Shown: positions 46,720 to 54,769 of the stretch, one piece after another
How the letters are laid out: every line of letters begins with the position of its first letter
Numbering within the stretch: the first letter of the stretch is position 1
Virus record (IMG/VR): IMGVR_UViG_2731957753_000001
Coordinates: 1-64,000 of that record
DNA: 64,000 bases
Strand: one strand, 5' to 3'
DNA from: a virus
Lineage: Duplodnaviria; Caudoviricetes
Program-made: the position numbers and the translations under genes
The notes under the pieces: model-generated
What the model saw: only the letters and a program-made list of their open reading frames with translations
The model's database searches: none
What the model was told of the DNA's origin: nothing

Positions 46720-47943
46720 TTATGGGCGACTAGGCGACGCCCTTCGCATATCGGCGAAGTACGGCCATTTGTCAGATTTGGAAGAGTTGCAGGGTTGGCA
46801 TATCGGGCGCAGATTCGCTGGCATATGCGGGCCGCCCTTGTTCAGCGGCTTCACGTGGTCGGTCGCGGTCGCTTCACCACGGCAAACCCAGCAACGGTTA
46901 CCGAAATACTCCCACCGAGCGGTTACCGATTCAGGGCCGAACGGAATGATCGTGGCATTCTTCTTTTTCGCCTCGTACGCCTGACCGTATGCGCGCCACC
47001 GGTCCCGGTTTTCAGCATTCCAGCGCGCGGATGCAAGCGCTGCGGCTTTCGGTTTGCAGTCCTTGCAGTATGTTGCGCCGGGTGTTGTGGCGCTGAATGT
47101 CGTGGCACACATAGCGCATGGAATGCAGCGCGGCGGAGGGCCCGCAACATCGCCGTAGCGGTAATGCCGGTGCGCGTGGCGGCCGCAGTATCCCAGACTG
47201 CCAAGTCTCCCAATTACGTTCTCGCAGCCACTGACAGAGCACGGCGTTGCACGGTCCAGGACCGGCGGCTCCCGCAGTGGATCGCCGAAATGCTTCCAAC
47301 GCCAGTGATGGCGGGAGCACATCCCCAGCTTCTCGACTGGGTTTCCGCACTCGTCGACCGAACATCTGCGCTTCGCGCGGCATTCTTTACAGAGATTTTG
47401 GGCGCGGCCCCGGTCCCGCCGCCAGGTCATGCCGCAATCCTCGCAAGTTGAGGTAGCGAATTTTAGTGGGTCACCGAATTGCCTGAACGCCCAATAGTGA
47501 GATGGGCACCAGCCGCGGCTTCCCTTTTCCCCAACGAGGTTCTTGCATCCCTCGATTGCGCAGGGCTGGTCCTTGACGTATACGGGATCGTCCGTAGTGC
47601 CTGTCGCCAGCAGTCGCGCATAATGTGTCCCGCAGAGACTACGGGCGCTGACCGCCTTCGCGCAGCCTTCAACCTTGCACGCAACACCACGCCGCTCCCT
47701 AACCCGGGGAGCTAGGTCTTTTCCTCGATACCAGCGCTGATAATGCGGTGAGCAGTACCCGCGCCGGAGGTTCGGCCGTCCGCAGCCCTCCACCGTGCAT
47801 TCACCGGAGCGTTCGACTTTAGGGAGCAAGGCCAGTTCGCCAGTGCGGCGAGCTATTGCATAGTGAGTGCCGCAGTATCCACGGGCACGAAGGGGCTTCT
47901 CGCAGTCCACGGCCGTGCAGACACGTGGTGTATCCTTGGAAAT
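46720..47943 (-). CDS. HNH endonuclease with six tandem C3H zinc fingers and two C4 fingers (probable ATT start, 407 aa)
   Basis: Repeats CxxxxC-x9-12-CxxH; C-terminal CWVC...DHVKPLNKGGPHMPANLRPICQPCN; ATT start inferred from AGGAG spacing and completion of the first finger. Confidence 0.85.
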   Translation of the reverse strand: MSKDTPRVCTAVDCEKPLRARGYCGTHYAIARRTGELALLPKVERSGECTVEGCGRPNLRRGYCSPHYQRWYRGKDLAPRVRERRGVACKVEGCAKAVSARSLCGTHYARLLATGTTDDPVYVKDQPCAIEGCKNLVGEKGSRGWCPSHYWAFRQFGDPLKFATSTCEDCGMTWRRDRGRAQNLCKECRAKRRCSVDECGNPVEKLGMCSRHHWRWKHFGDPLREPPVLDRATPCSVSGCENVIGRLGSLGYCGRHAHRHYRYGDVAGPPPRCIPCAMCATTFSATTPGATYCKDCKPKAAALASARWNAENRDRWRAYGQAYEAKKKNATIIPFGPESVTARWEYFGNRCWVCRGEATATDHVKPLNKGGPHMPANLRPICQPCNSSKSDKWPYFADMRRASPSRP

Positions 47944-48005
47944 TGTCGACTCCTACTAGTCGGCCATGCCCCGGGAGTGTTAGCGCACTCGCCGGGGTCT
48001 TTTCT
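47944..48005 (-). promoter_or_regulatory. Conserved structured leader, copy B
   Basis: GAAAAGACCCCGGC-GAGTG-CGCTAA-CACTC-CCGGGGCATGGCCGA-CTAGTAGGAGTCGACA-ATT. Confidence 0.7.
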
Positions 48006-48048
48006 GTTGTCGTAATATCCAACGGTCCTGGGCGGGTTCATGTTCCGC

Positions 48049-49185
48049 CTAAACCAAGGAAAGATTCTCGAATTCTCGTCCGCGCGTTGTGTAGATCAAC
48101 GCGCCTTGCCGGGATTCGGCACCGGTCTTGTCGCGGTACCAGGCGCTCCCGCCGTCGAATGTTGGAGAGCAGATGATCGTCCGGGCAGCAGACTGCTGGA
48201 TACCGGTCTCGTGATAGTGCCCGTGCAGAAGAAAGTCGGCACCAGCGGGATTGCCCTGATGGTATGCCTGCGAAGCCCACCACGCGTCAGCTTTGCCCTT
48301 CCGGAACTGGTGTCCGTGCAGCAGCGTGAACACGCTTTCGCCGACCCGGACTGTCATGTAGCCCTGGTCTTTCGGCGGCACCTGGACACGCACATGCCCG
48401 TAGGCCGCGGTGTTCTCGGCGAGGGCATCGGCTACCGCGATAGCGCCTTCGGTGGCCCAGTTGTCGTCTGCGCGAGTCCGCACAGGCACGCGGGTGGCGT
48501 CATCATGGTTGCCGCCGATCACCGATACCGCAACCTCATCGGCGAGCGGAGCAAACGCCTTGACGGTCTCCAGCAGAGTTCTGCGCCACAGTCGAACCTG
48601 TTCGGTCACGGTAAGCGACTGCCGCCATGCAAGCGCCCCGCCCTGGGAGACTCCACCGTTCTCGATGCAGTCACCGACAAACGCGAGATGCACGGCGCCA
48701 ATCCGGTCCCGAGACTGCCGCCCCTTCAACTCCGCGAGCGCGCGATCTACCGACTGGAAGTAGCGGTTCACCGAGCCTTCCACGGAGTAGCCGTCGATCT
48801 TCCCAAATTGCATGTCCCCGGCCTGGTACACGAATACGCCATCGCCAGCCGACTCGGCCGGCCGATGGGGTTCACGGTCCCGGATCGAGGCAATCAGTTC
48901 TTCCAGCCCTGCGGCCGAAGCAGTTCGCGGCGCGATCTGGAACCGGTAGGCCGAGAGCCAGCGCTCATCGTAGGTTTGCCAACGGCTGATTCGTGGCGCG
49001 CCTACGATCTGCACTTCGTCCGGGTCGTACCCGAATTGCTTCAGCAACTCGACATGCGAGGCCGGCGGTTCGGCGAGCGGACCAGTCTGGAGATATCCAC
49101 CCGTCTGACCGTCGTACTCGGTGCGCGCCCGATGCTCGGCCTCGACCGCGGTCGGCTGCTTCAAGAGATCATCAGCGAGACTCAC
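48049..49185 (-). CDS. Metallophosphoesterase (calcineurin-like, 378 aa)
   Basis: GDMQFGK, VGDCIE, GGNHD, HGHQ, HGHYH; GTG start coupled to the upstream TGA. Confidence 0.88.
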   Translation of the reverse strand: MSLADDLLKQPTAVEAEHRARTEYDGQTGGYLQTGPLAEPPASHVELLKQFGYDPDEVQIVGAPRISRWQTYDERWLSAYRFQIAPRTASAAGLEELIASIRDREPHRPAESAGDGVFVYQAGDMQFGKIDGYSVEGSVNRYFQSVDRALAELKGRQSRDRIGAVHLAFVGDCIENGGVSQGGALAWRQSLTVTEQVRLWRRTLLETVKAFAPLADEVAVSVIGGNHDDATRVPVRTRADDNWATEGAIAVADALAENTAAYGHVRVQVPPKDQGYMTVRVGESVFTLLHGHQFRKGKADAWWASQAYHQGNPAGADFLLHGHYHETGIQQSAARTIICSPTFDGGSAWYRDKTGAESRQGALIYTTRGREFENLSLV

Positions 49186-49436
49186 GCAGCAACCTCCAGG
49201 CCGATGTAGCAGGTGCAACGCTTCTTGCAGTGCACCCGGAACTGGGTTTCGGAGGCGTCGCAGTTGTTCCGAACGGCAGTGTGGTGCAGGGTCCGCAACT
49301 GGCCGCCCTCCGCCACATACCGTTCGAACGCTGCCCGGTCCCGCTCGTCAAGCCCAGCAAGCCACACACCAGTAGTGCATGCGACTGGGCCACGTTTCCG
49401 CTGCCGGATGCTGTCGAGTTCGTCAGCGAGGGACAC
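49182..49436 (-). CDS. Small Cys/His protein (84 aa) preceding the phosphoesterase
   Basis: C...HCKKRCTC; AGGAGG RBS before GTG 49436. Confidence 0.7.
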   Translation of the reverse strand: MSLADELDSIRQRKRGPVACTTGVWLAGLDERDRAAFERYVAEGGQLRTLHHTAVRNNCDASETQFRVHCKKRCTCYIGLEVAA

Positions 49437-49466
49437 AATGCCTCCTGTTGATTTACCTACACGCAT

Positions 49467-49495
49467 ATGCTATGGGCGCAGGCAAACCACGAATT
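49467..49495 (-). promoter_or_regulatory. Repeated phage promoter-like motif, copy 4
   Basis: AATTCG TGGTTTGCCTGCGCCCA TAGCAT. Confidence 0.7.
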
Positions 49496-50837
49496 ATGAC
49501 ATCACACGCTTAACCAGCCGCGGTTCAACAGGCTCCGGCTCGACCGACAACGGCAGCTCGTTCAACTTGATCTGCCGCCGCCACTTCCGCTCAGCGGTAG
49601 TTAGGAGATAGCGGGCGGAATCGATGCCGTGGTCATTCAACTTGATCGGCTCGTCCTTACCCTTCTCGGTCGCCTTCGTATCCCACACATACCCCGGAAT
49701 CTCTTTGATCAACTCCGGGCAGCGATCGGAGAACTTCAGGCGGCCGGACGCGACAAGCGCGGTCATAGTCCGGATCCCGTACAACACGTCCTTTTTGGCG
49801 GGATGCGTCGGCAGTCCGTCTTGTTTCAACTGGACACGGAAGTCGGCAGCCGATTGGTCGGCGATCACATACCCGCGGAACCCTTCCGGGTTCTCCGGGT
49901 CCTCGCTGGGGTGATGTGCCTTATTGAGCCATTCCCGCAGGCCAGCCGACAACTGGACGTTCGTTTTACGTGCTTCCGCGTTGCTGGCCTTGTACCGCCA
50001 CTCATCCATGCAATACAGGACATCGTCGGAACCGTGCCCGATCATCACAGCGTGAGTCGGGTTGGTGGTGCCGTGGTCGACACCTACACCGAGGATCCAC
50101 CGCATGTCGGGCAACTCCGACCAGGGCACAACATGCTTGTCCGGGTCGAACATGTCGAAGATAGCGCCATCAGCAGCGACCCAGCGCCCGAGGATGTTCC
50201 GCAAATAGAACAAACCCGTGAACTCGGCTTTGATCGCCGCCACATACTCCGGCGCCAGGCTCGGGTTGTCGTCGAGCGTGAAATGCCACGCCCCGAGATT
50301 CATTCCCGACTCGCCGGCGCGGTCGATGAAGTTGACCTTCAAATAGTGGTTCGGGTTGTCCGGGTTCGTCGTCGCCAAACAGCGGGCACCGGGCACGGAC
50401 AGGCGGGCGAGGAGCTGGGTCCAGAAGTTCTCCGGCAACAAGGTCGCTTCGTCCACGAGTGCGAGGCAAGCTGTCAGGCCACGGAGTTTCCCTTCCGCCC
50501 GAACATCCGAGGCGCCGATCAAATGCACGGTCCGCCCGAGGATCACCGCAGTGTTCGACCCGCGCGTGTGATGCACCTCGTGCGCCCACTCACCGAACAC
50601 CATCTCGTCCTGCATCGGCTCGATGATGTTGCGTTCGATGGTCTGCAATGTTCGGCCGACGACAACGATCAACCCTGTGTCGGGGGCGTGCACGATCGCG
50701 TCGTAGAACGCGAGAATGCTCGCGATCGTCTTGCCGCTTCGTACAGCTCCGGCCCAGATGGACACTCGATGACGCCGGGATTCGATGATGCTGACGATCT
50801 GTTTCCGGGATAGCGGCAGTTCGTCGAGGACGCTCAC
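49494..50837 (-). CDS. terL: Terminase large subunit (PBSX-like)
   Basis: GAVRSGKT Walker A, LVDEA Walker B, TTNPDNPNHY, GVDHGTTNP, DHGIDSARY. Confidence 0.95.
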   Translation of the reverse strand: MSVLDELPLSRKQIVSIIESRRHRVSIWAGAVRSGKTIASILAFYDAIVHAPDTGLIVVVGRTLQTIERNIIEPMQDEMVFGEWAHEVHHTRGSNTAVILGRTVHLIGASDVRAEGKLRGLTACLALVDEATLLPENFWTQLLARLSVPGARCLATTNPDNPNHYLKVNFIDRAGESGMNLGAWHFTLDDNPSLAPEYVAAIKAEFTGLFYLRNILGRWVAADGAIFDMFDPDKHVVPWSELPDMRWILGVGVDHGTTNPTHAVMIGHGSDDVLYCMDEWRYKASNAEARKTNVQLSAGLREWLNKAHHPSEDPENPEGFRGYVIADQSAADFRVQLKQDGLPTHPAKKDVLYGIRTMTALVASGRLKFSDRCPELIKEIPGYVWDTKATEKGKDEPIKLNDHGIDSARYLLTTAERKWRRQIKLNELPLSVEPEPVEPRLVKRVMS

Positions 50838-51361
50838 TCGGATTCGCCCGGTTCGTCGGTGTCGGGTTCGTCGTCTTGTTCGCCGACTGTGGCCTGTTCT
50901 GCGGCTACGAGTTCTTCGAGCCGGCCGAAGAAGTTCCCGATCATCGACGCGGTTTCGGTCGCGAGCCCGCCCTTGGCCTCAGCGATCGCTTTCAGTTCAG
51001 CGGCCTTGTACGACCCTGTGAGCTTGGCGCGCTGTTCCATGATCGCCAGCGCCCGGTCGATGTTCCAGGTTTGCCTCTTGTATTCGTCGTCGCTGTCTGG
51101 GTCGACGATCTGCCCCCAGATAGCGGCCCACATCTCGTCTAGCCGCTGGAGTTCGAGTTCGAGGTATTCTTCGGCGTTTTCGCGGGTGATGTCCGCGATC
51201 GCGTCTTTGATGTATTTGGAGACGTTCTGTTTGGACCAGCCGGTTTCTCGAACGATCTGGGCTTGTGTCATTCCGGAGAGCCGCAGTTCGAGCGCGTAGT
51301 TGCGTTTCTCTTGCGTTTCGACGAGTTTCTCGACGGGGATGTGTCGACGGTTTCGTGCCAT
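50834..51361 (-). CDS. terS: Terminase small subunit
   Basis: N-terminal HTH (ALELRLSGMTQAQIVRETGWS); coupled to terL. Confidence 0.85.
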   Translation of the reverse strand: MARNRRHIPVEKLVETQEKRNYALELRLSGMTQAQIVRETGWSKQNVSKYIKDAIADITRENAEEYLELELQRLDEMWAAIWGQIVDPDSDDEYKRQTWNIDRALAIMEQRAKLTGSYKAAELKAIAEAKGGLATETASMIGNFFGRLEELVAAEQATVGEQDDEPDTDEPGESE

Positions 51362-51548
51362 TTTCGGCGACCTCCGAGAGCGTGACGGCGCCTGGCCTGT
51401 GCACGCACGTTAGGGGGTGGGGGATGGTTCGCCGCCTGGGCTGAACCATGAGCTGGGGTGGTCGCTGGAAATGTGCAGGTTCGGACAGGTGTCCGAGTTT
51501 GCACTATACGGTAGCGTAAGCAGCGAACCGAAGTGTAATCTCAAATGT

Positions 51549-51791
51549 ATGAACAGTGCTCGGGACACAGATACTGTGGCGAGGTTGCGCAGGTCGATTG
51601 CGGTGGTGAAGCGCGGTAAGGAAGCCGCTAAAGAACGTGATCAGGCGATTGCGCGCCTGAAGTTGGAGATCAATCCGGCGACCGGTCGGCTGTGGACGTG
51701 GCCGCAGATCGCTGCCCTGTCCGGCCTGTCACGTATCGGCGTAATCGATGCGAGCAAGCGGGCGTTGCAGGACCAGCAGGACGTTAACTGA
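51549..51791 (+). CDS. Small HTH protein (80 aa), antisense and probably leaderless
   Basis: ERDQAIARLKL...WTWPQIAALSGLSRIGV; TAATCT 7 nt before the ATG; palindrome TCGGACA-GG-TGTCCGA at 51481-51496. Confidence 0.65.
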   Translation: MNSARDTDTVARLRRSIAVVKRGKEAAKERDQAIARLKLEINPATGRLWTWPQIAALSGLSRIGVIDASKRALQDQQDVN

Positions 51792-52017
51792 CTGTTCGCG
51801 CGAGTGCCGCGATCGGATCCCAGTGGGGCGGCAGATCGTTCGTGAGGTGGCGGGCGACCAGTTCGATAGCTACGCGTGTGAGCAGCGGCCTGCGTTCTAA
51901 GGCTCTATCGACGCCCTCACTCAGGGTGTGCCCTTCTGGGGCGATTGCGTCCGCGACGACTACGACCCCGATCACGACTAGCCACAAATGCCACGCCTTC
52001 AAACGCGCCCGGGTCAC
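51784..52017 (-). CDS. Small membrane protein (77 aa)
   Basis: AWHLWLVVIGVVVVADAIAPEGHTLSEGVDR; type seen near actinophage genome left ends. Confidence 0.7.
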   Translation of the reverse strand: MTRARLKAWHLWLVVIGVVVVADAIAPEGHTLSEGVDRALERRPLLTRVAIELVARHLTNDLPPHWDPIAALARTVS

Positions 52018-52175
52018 GGTTCGTCCGCTTCCTCTTCAGGGCACAGCATGTGCGGCATCATGTCCTGCGACATTGCGGACCACAGTGCGGTCACCAAATC
52101 GGTGGGCGATATCTGCACTGGTTCGGGCATCTGGATTTCGAGTTCGAAAGGCCCCATTTTCAAACGGAATCTCAT
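52014..52175 (-). CDS. Hypothetical protein (53 aa)
   Basis: MRFRLKMGPFELEIQ; GGAGG RBS. Confidence 0.55.
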   Translation of the reverse strand: MRFRLKMGPFELEIQMPEPVQISPTDLVTALWSAMSQDMMPHMLCPEEEADEP

Positions 52176-52195
52176 CGGGGCCTCCAAGTAAGTGT

Positions 52196-52432
52196 TCAGG
52201 CGACCTGCGAGGCCGCCCATTTCAACCATTCGGGTGCATACCCGTGCTTGTGGTGTTCGCCGACCACAGTTACCGGGGTGGATGCGTATCCGAGGCTGCG
52301 CAGGTACTCCCCCGCGGCAGGGTCCTCGGTCACATCGATCTTCCGATAGGTGGCGCCGAGCTGATCTAGCTTCCGGGCGACCGCCTTACACGGTTGACAA
52401 TCTGGGCGGCTATATACAGTTATTTCAAGCAT
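52196..52432 (-). CDS. nrdH: NrdH-like glutaredoxin
   Basis: TVYSRPDCQPCKAV...GYASTPVTVVG. Confidence 0.9.
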   Translation of the reverse strand: MLEITVYSRPDCQPCKAVARKLDQLGATYRKIDVTEDPAAGEYLRSLGYASTPVTVVGEHHKHGYAPEWLKWAASQVA

Positions 52433-53373
52433 CAGGGCAGGCGAATTCCAAGGTCAGGCAGCGGCGGCAACACGAGCGCCGGCAACGGGGGCGGGATATA
52501 GGCGAGGGCTTCGGCCGGCAAGTACTGCTCAACCTCGTCGGGCACGTACTCATGCAGCGGGGTCGGCTCGTACGGCGGCATGCCGTAGAAGTTCGGCAGT
52601 GGGCCTGGTTCCCATGTCGGGATCGGCGCGGCCGGGTATTCGGTGGGCAGCCCGGTCGGGGTCGACTCGGGAAGCACCGGGATCGGTGTCGGCGCCTGCA
52701 CCAGGGTTTCCTCACCCGCGGGGTATTCGTCGGCTTCACCGGGACGGTACGAATGCCAGCCCGACAGCGCACCAACAACACCCTGGACGAAACCAACAGG
52801 GTCACCGAGCGGGTTCGGCGAGTCGCAGGCTGCGTCGAATTCGTGGCAGACGCTCGTGGTGTTCGGGTGGTTCTCGCGCCGCCCCGGCGAACTCACACCC
52901 GGCAGGAACCCGGGCAGAGCATCATAGATACCGCCAGCAGTCCGCGGATCCCCATACACGACAACCTCATCGGCCAGCGCGGCCTCATCCCCCGCGATCT
53001 CCGCACCCAGAGAATGCCCAATCACCTTCACATGACCACCAGGGCACGCGGCGCGGTAGTCGGCGATAGTGTCCCGGAGGATAGCTTTCCCGTCGGCGAC
53101 CGATTCATCCCTCGTGTACGGTCCGGTCGGCCAAACCGAGGACTTGTAGTCCACCGAGACCGTCTGACGCCCCAACGTGGCCTCACGATCCAACTGCCGG
53201 CTCATCAAATTCGGCAGCCCAGCCGTCTCGACCAACCTTTGCCCGTTCCCGCCGACACCGATCGTGACCGGACGACAGTCCGGGGCACCAACAGCGGGCG
53301 TGGCGAACGCAAGCGGCCCGAGCCATACGACACCAGCGGTCACGCATACAGCGGCCGTGAGACGACGAGACAT
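52432..53373 (-). CDS. Secreted cutinase / PE-PPE-like alpha/beta hydrolase with Pro-rich tail
   Basis: Signal peptide, GHSLG nucleophile elbow, CHEFDAACD, GWHSY. Confidence 0.85.
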   Translation of the reverse strand: MSRRLTAAVCVTAGVVWLGPLAFATPAVGAPDCRPVTIGVGGNGQRLVETAGLPNLMSRQLDREATLGRQTVSVDYKSSVWPTGPYTRDESVADGKAILRDTIADYRAACPGGHVKVIGHSLGAEIAGDEAALADEVVVYGDPRTAGGIYDALPGFLPGVSSPGRRENHPNTTSVCHEFDAACDSPNPLGDPVGFVQGVVGALSGWHSYRPGEADEYPAGEETLVQAPTPIPVLPESTPTGLPTEYPAAPIPTWEPGPLPNFYGMPPYEPTPLHEYVPDEVEQYLPAEALAYIPPPLPALVLPPLPDLGIRLP

Positions 53374-53399
53374 GGCGCCTCCCGACGCTGCGAAGTTTG

Positions 53400-53740
53400 A
53401 GCCCGCCGGCTCCCAGGTAGCGACAACCGGCCGGCGGGCAGCCGCGGCGCCAAAGGCAGCCAGCGGCGAACGCCAGCGAGATCACCTACAACCGCGGCGT
53501 GAGATCCTGCGGCGGCCCCGGAAACGTGAATGGGGCACGAGAGCGCTGGCGAAATCTGTTAGAATGCAGGCGAAAGCCCCAGTGTGCGCCGCCTCTGCCA
53601 TAGCATGCGGCATCGCCTCTACCCCTGCTAGGGGGCAAGCGCCTGGGGCTCTCGCCATTCTCGCGGTAGGTGTTCTCCTGGCAGCACCGCCACTACCTTC
53701 ATTGCGATACCCCGCAGGGTCGCACCACGCATGTATGCGC
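53400..53740 (+). ncRNA. Candidate structured RNA, antisense to the late operon
   Basis: Nested helices closed by GAGATCACCTAC/GTAGGTGTTCTC; GAAA tetraloop; G-U pairs favour the + strand. Confidence 0.5.
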
Positions 53741-53749
53741 AGTTAAGAT

Positions 53750-53842
53750 TCAGCCGATCAAGGCGAGAATGTCGATCAGTGCTTCGACAACGATCATGCC
53801 GATCTTGCCGAGCAACAGAACAGAATCAAGATCAATGCTCAT
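53750..53842 (-). CDS. 30-aa hydrophobic peptide
   Basis: AGGAG-ccccgg-ATG; MSIDLDSVLLLGKIGMIVVEALIDILALIG. Confidence 0.6.
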   Translation of the reverse strand: MSIDLDSVLLLGKIGMIVVEALIDILALIG

Positions 53843-53856
53843 CCGGGGCTCCTAGA

Positions 53857-54033
53857 TCAGGCAGGGGTCTGCCAGGCATACCCGCCCGACGTCTTCGTGA
53901 GCACCTGACCTGTAGTACCGCCCGAGGGAACAAGCAGCAGTTCGTCACCGAGGACGTCTTTGATCGCAGCGACCAGTTCCTCAGCGGTGATGGTGCCGGA
54001 CTCGCCGGCGACAGTGAATGTATAGCCCGACAT
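53857..54033 (-). CDS. 58-aa protein carrying a tail-fibre-type repeat motif
   Basis: GGAGG RBS; ...VPSGGTTGQVLTKTSGGYAWQTPA. Confidence 0.7.
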   Translation of the reverse strand: MSGYTFTVAGESGTITAEELVAAIKDVLGDELLLVPSGGTTGQVLTKTSGGYAWQTPA

Positions 54034-54072
54034 GGGGCCTCCATGGTGATAGTGGGTTATTCGGTTCCTGGC

Positions 54073-54501
54073 TTAAGCCGCGGGACGCAACGTCACACGG
54101 ATAGCGCCGTCATCGGCTGTTTCGCGCACGATTTCCTGGAACCGTCGCCCTTCGATCCACCAGTCAGCGCCCTCGATGGTCGGCGCGAACCCTGGGGTCG
54201 CATAGTCCTCCGGGGTCGGCCAAACCAGCAGCGGCATCGACTTGTCCTCCAGCCACGACAACTCGACACCCCGGATACGGTTCTCTGTTACCACCGAGCG
54301 CCAGTTCTCCAGACGACCCGACCAGCGCTCACCCGACTCATCGTCATCGACAGTCAGGAACACAGGCTGGTCAGGGTCAGCGCTGCGGATAGCATGTGCG
54401 AGAGGATGCCCGAGATCCGGCAACCGCGAATAGTCCTCACCGGGCTCGAACGTGTACAGCAGAGCGAAGTTCCGGTCCCACACGCGAGCGAACTTGGACA
54501 T
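54073..54501 (-). CDS. Stand-alone paralog of the N-terminal domain of the baseplate-hub minor tail protein (142 aa)
   Basis: RVWDRNF...HPLAHAI...VFLTVDDDESGERWSGRL...WLED aligns with RLWDGDF...DPLAKWI...VYITVDKDGARWSGRL...FLHD of 27350-29071. Confidence 0.75.
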   Translation of the reverse strand: MSKFARVWDRNFALLYTFEPGEDYSRLPDLGHPLAHAIRSADPDQPVFLTVDDDESGERWSGRLENWRSVVTENRIRGVELSWLEDKSMPLLVWPTPEDYATPGFAPTIEGADWWIEGRRFQEIVRETADDGAIRVTLRPAA

Positions 54502-54701
54502 TATTCGAGTTCTCCTGGCAGATAGTGTCGGCAGCCGCAATCCGGGCCACCCTTCGGGCAGGCACGCCACTCAACCTCGGGCGGATCAACGTACTCGGAT
54601 TCCCAACGGGCAGTCTCACGCTTCTCACGCTGACGGGCAGTACCGCGCTCAGGTGGATGGCAGCAGCCCATCCAACAGTTCCGGTGCACCATCATCGCCA
54701 C
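54501..54701 (-). CDS. Small Cys-rich protein (~66 aa)
   Basis: GGAGG RBS; TAATG coupling to the next gene; NCWMGCC...CPKGGPDCGC. Confidence 0.5.
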   Translation of the reverse strand: MAMMVHRNCWMGCCHPPERGTARQREKRETARWESEYVDPPEVEWRACPKGGPDCGCRHYLPGELE

Positions 54702-54720
54702 GGGACGCCTCCGGAAAGTG

Positions 54721-54762
54721 AAAAGCCCGCCGAAGTGAGCACCGTTGGGAGGCTTGGCGGGC
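54721..54762 (-). terminator. Terminator-like hairpin after the tRNA
   Basis: GCCCGCC...GGCGGGC followed by TTTT. Confidence 0.65.
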
Positions 54763-54769
54763 ATCGTTG

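Noticed and set aside
54721-54769. HDV-like (theta) ribozyme at the tRNA 3' end
   Set aside because: The P1-like stem is followed immediately by a U-tract, with no P1.1/P4/J4-2; terminator is simpler
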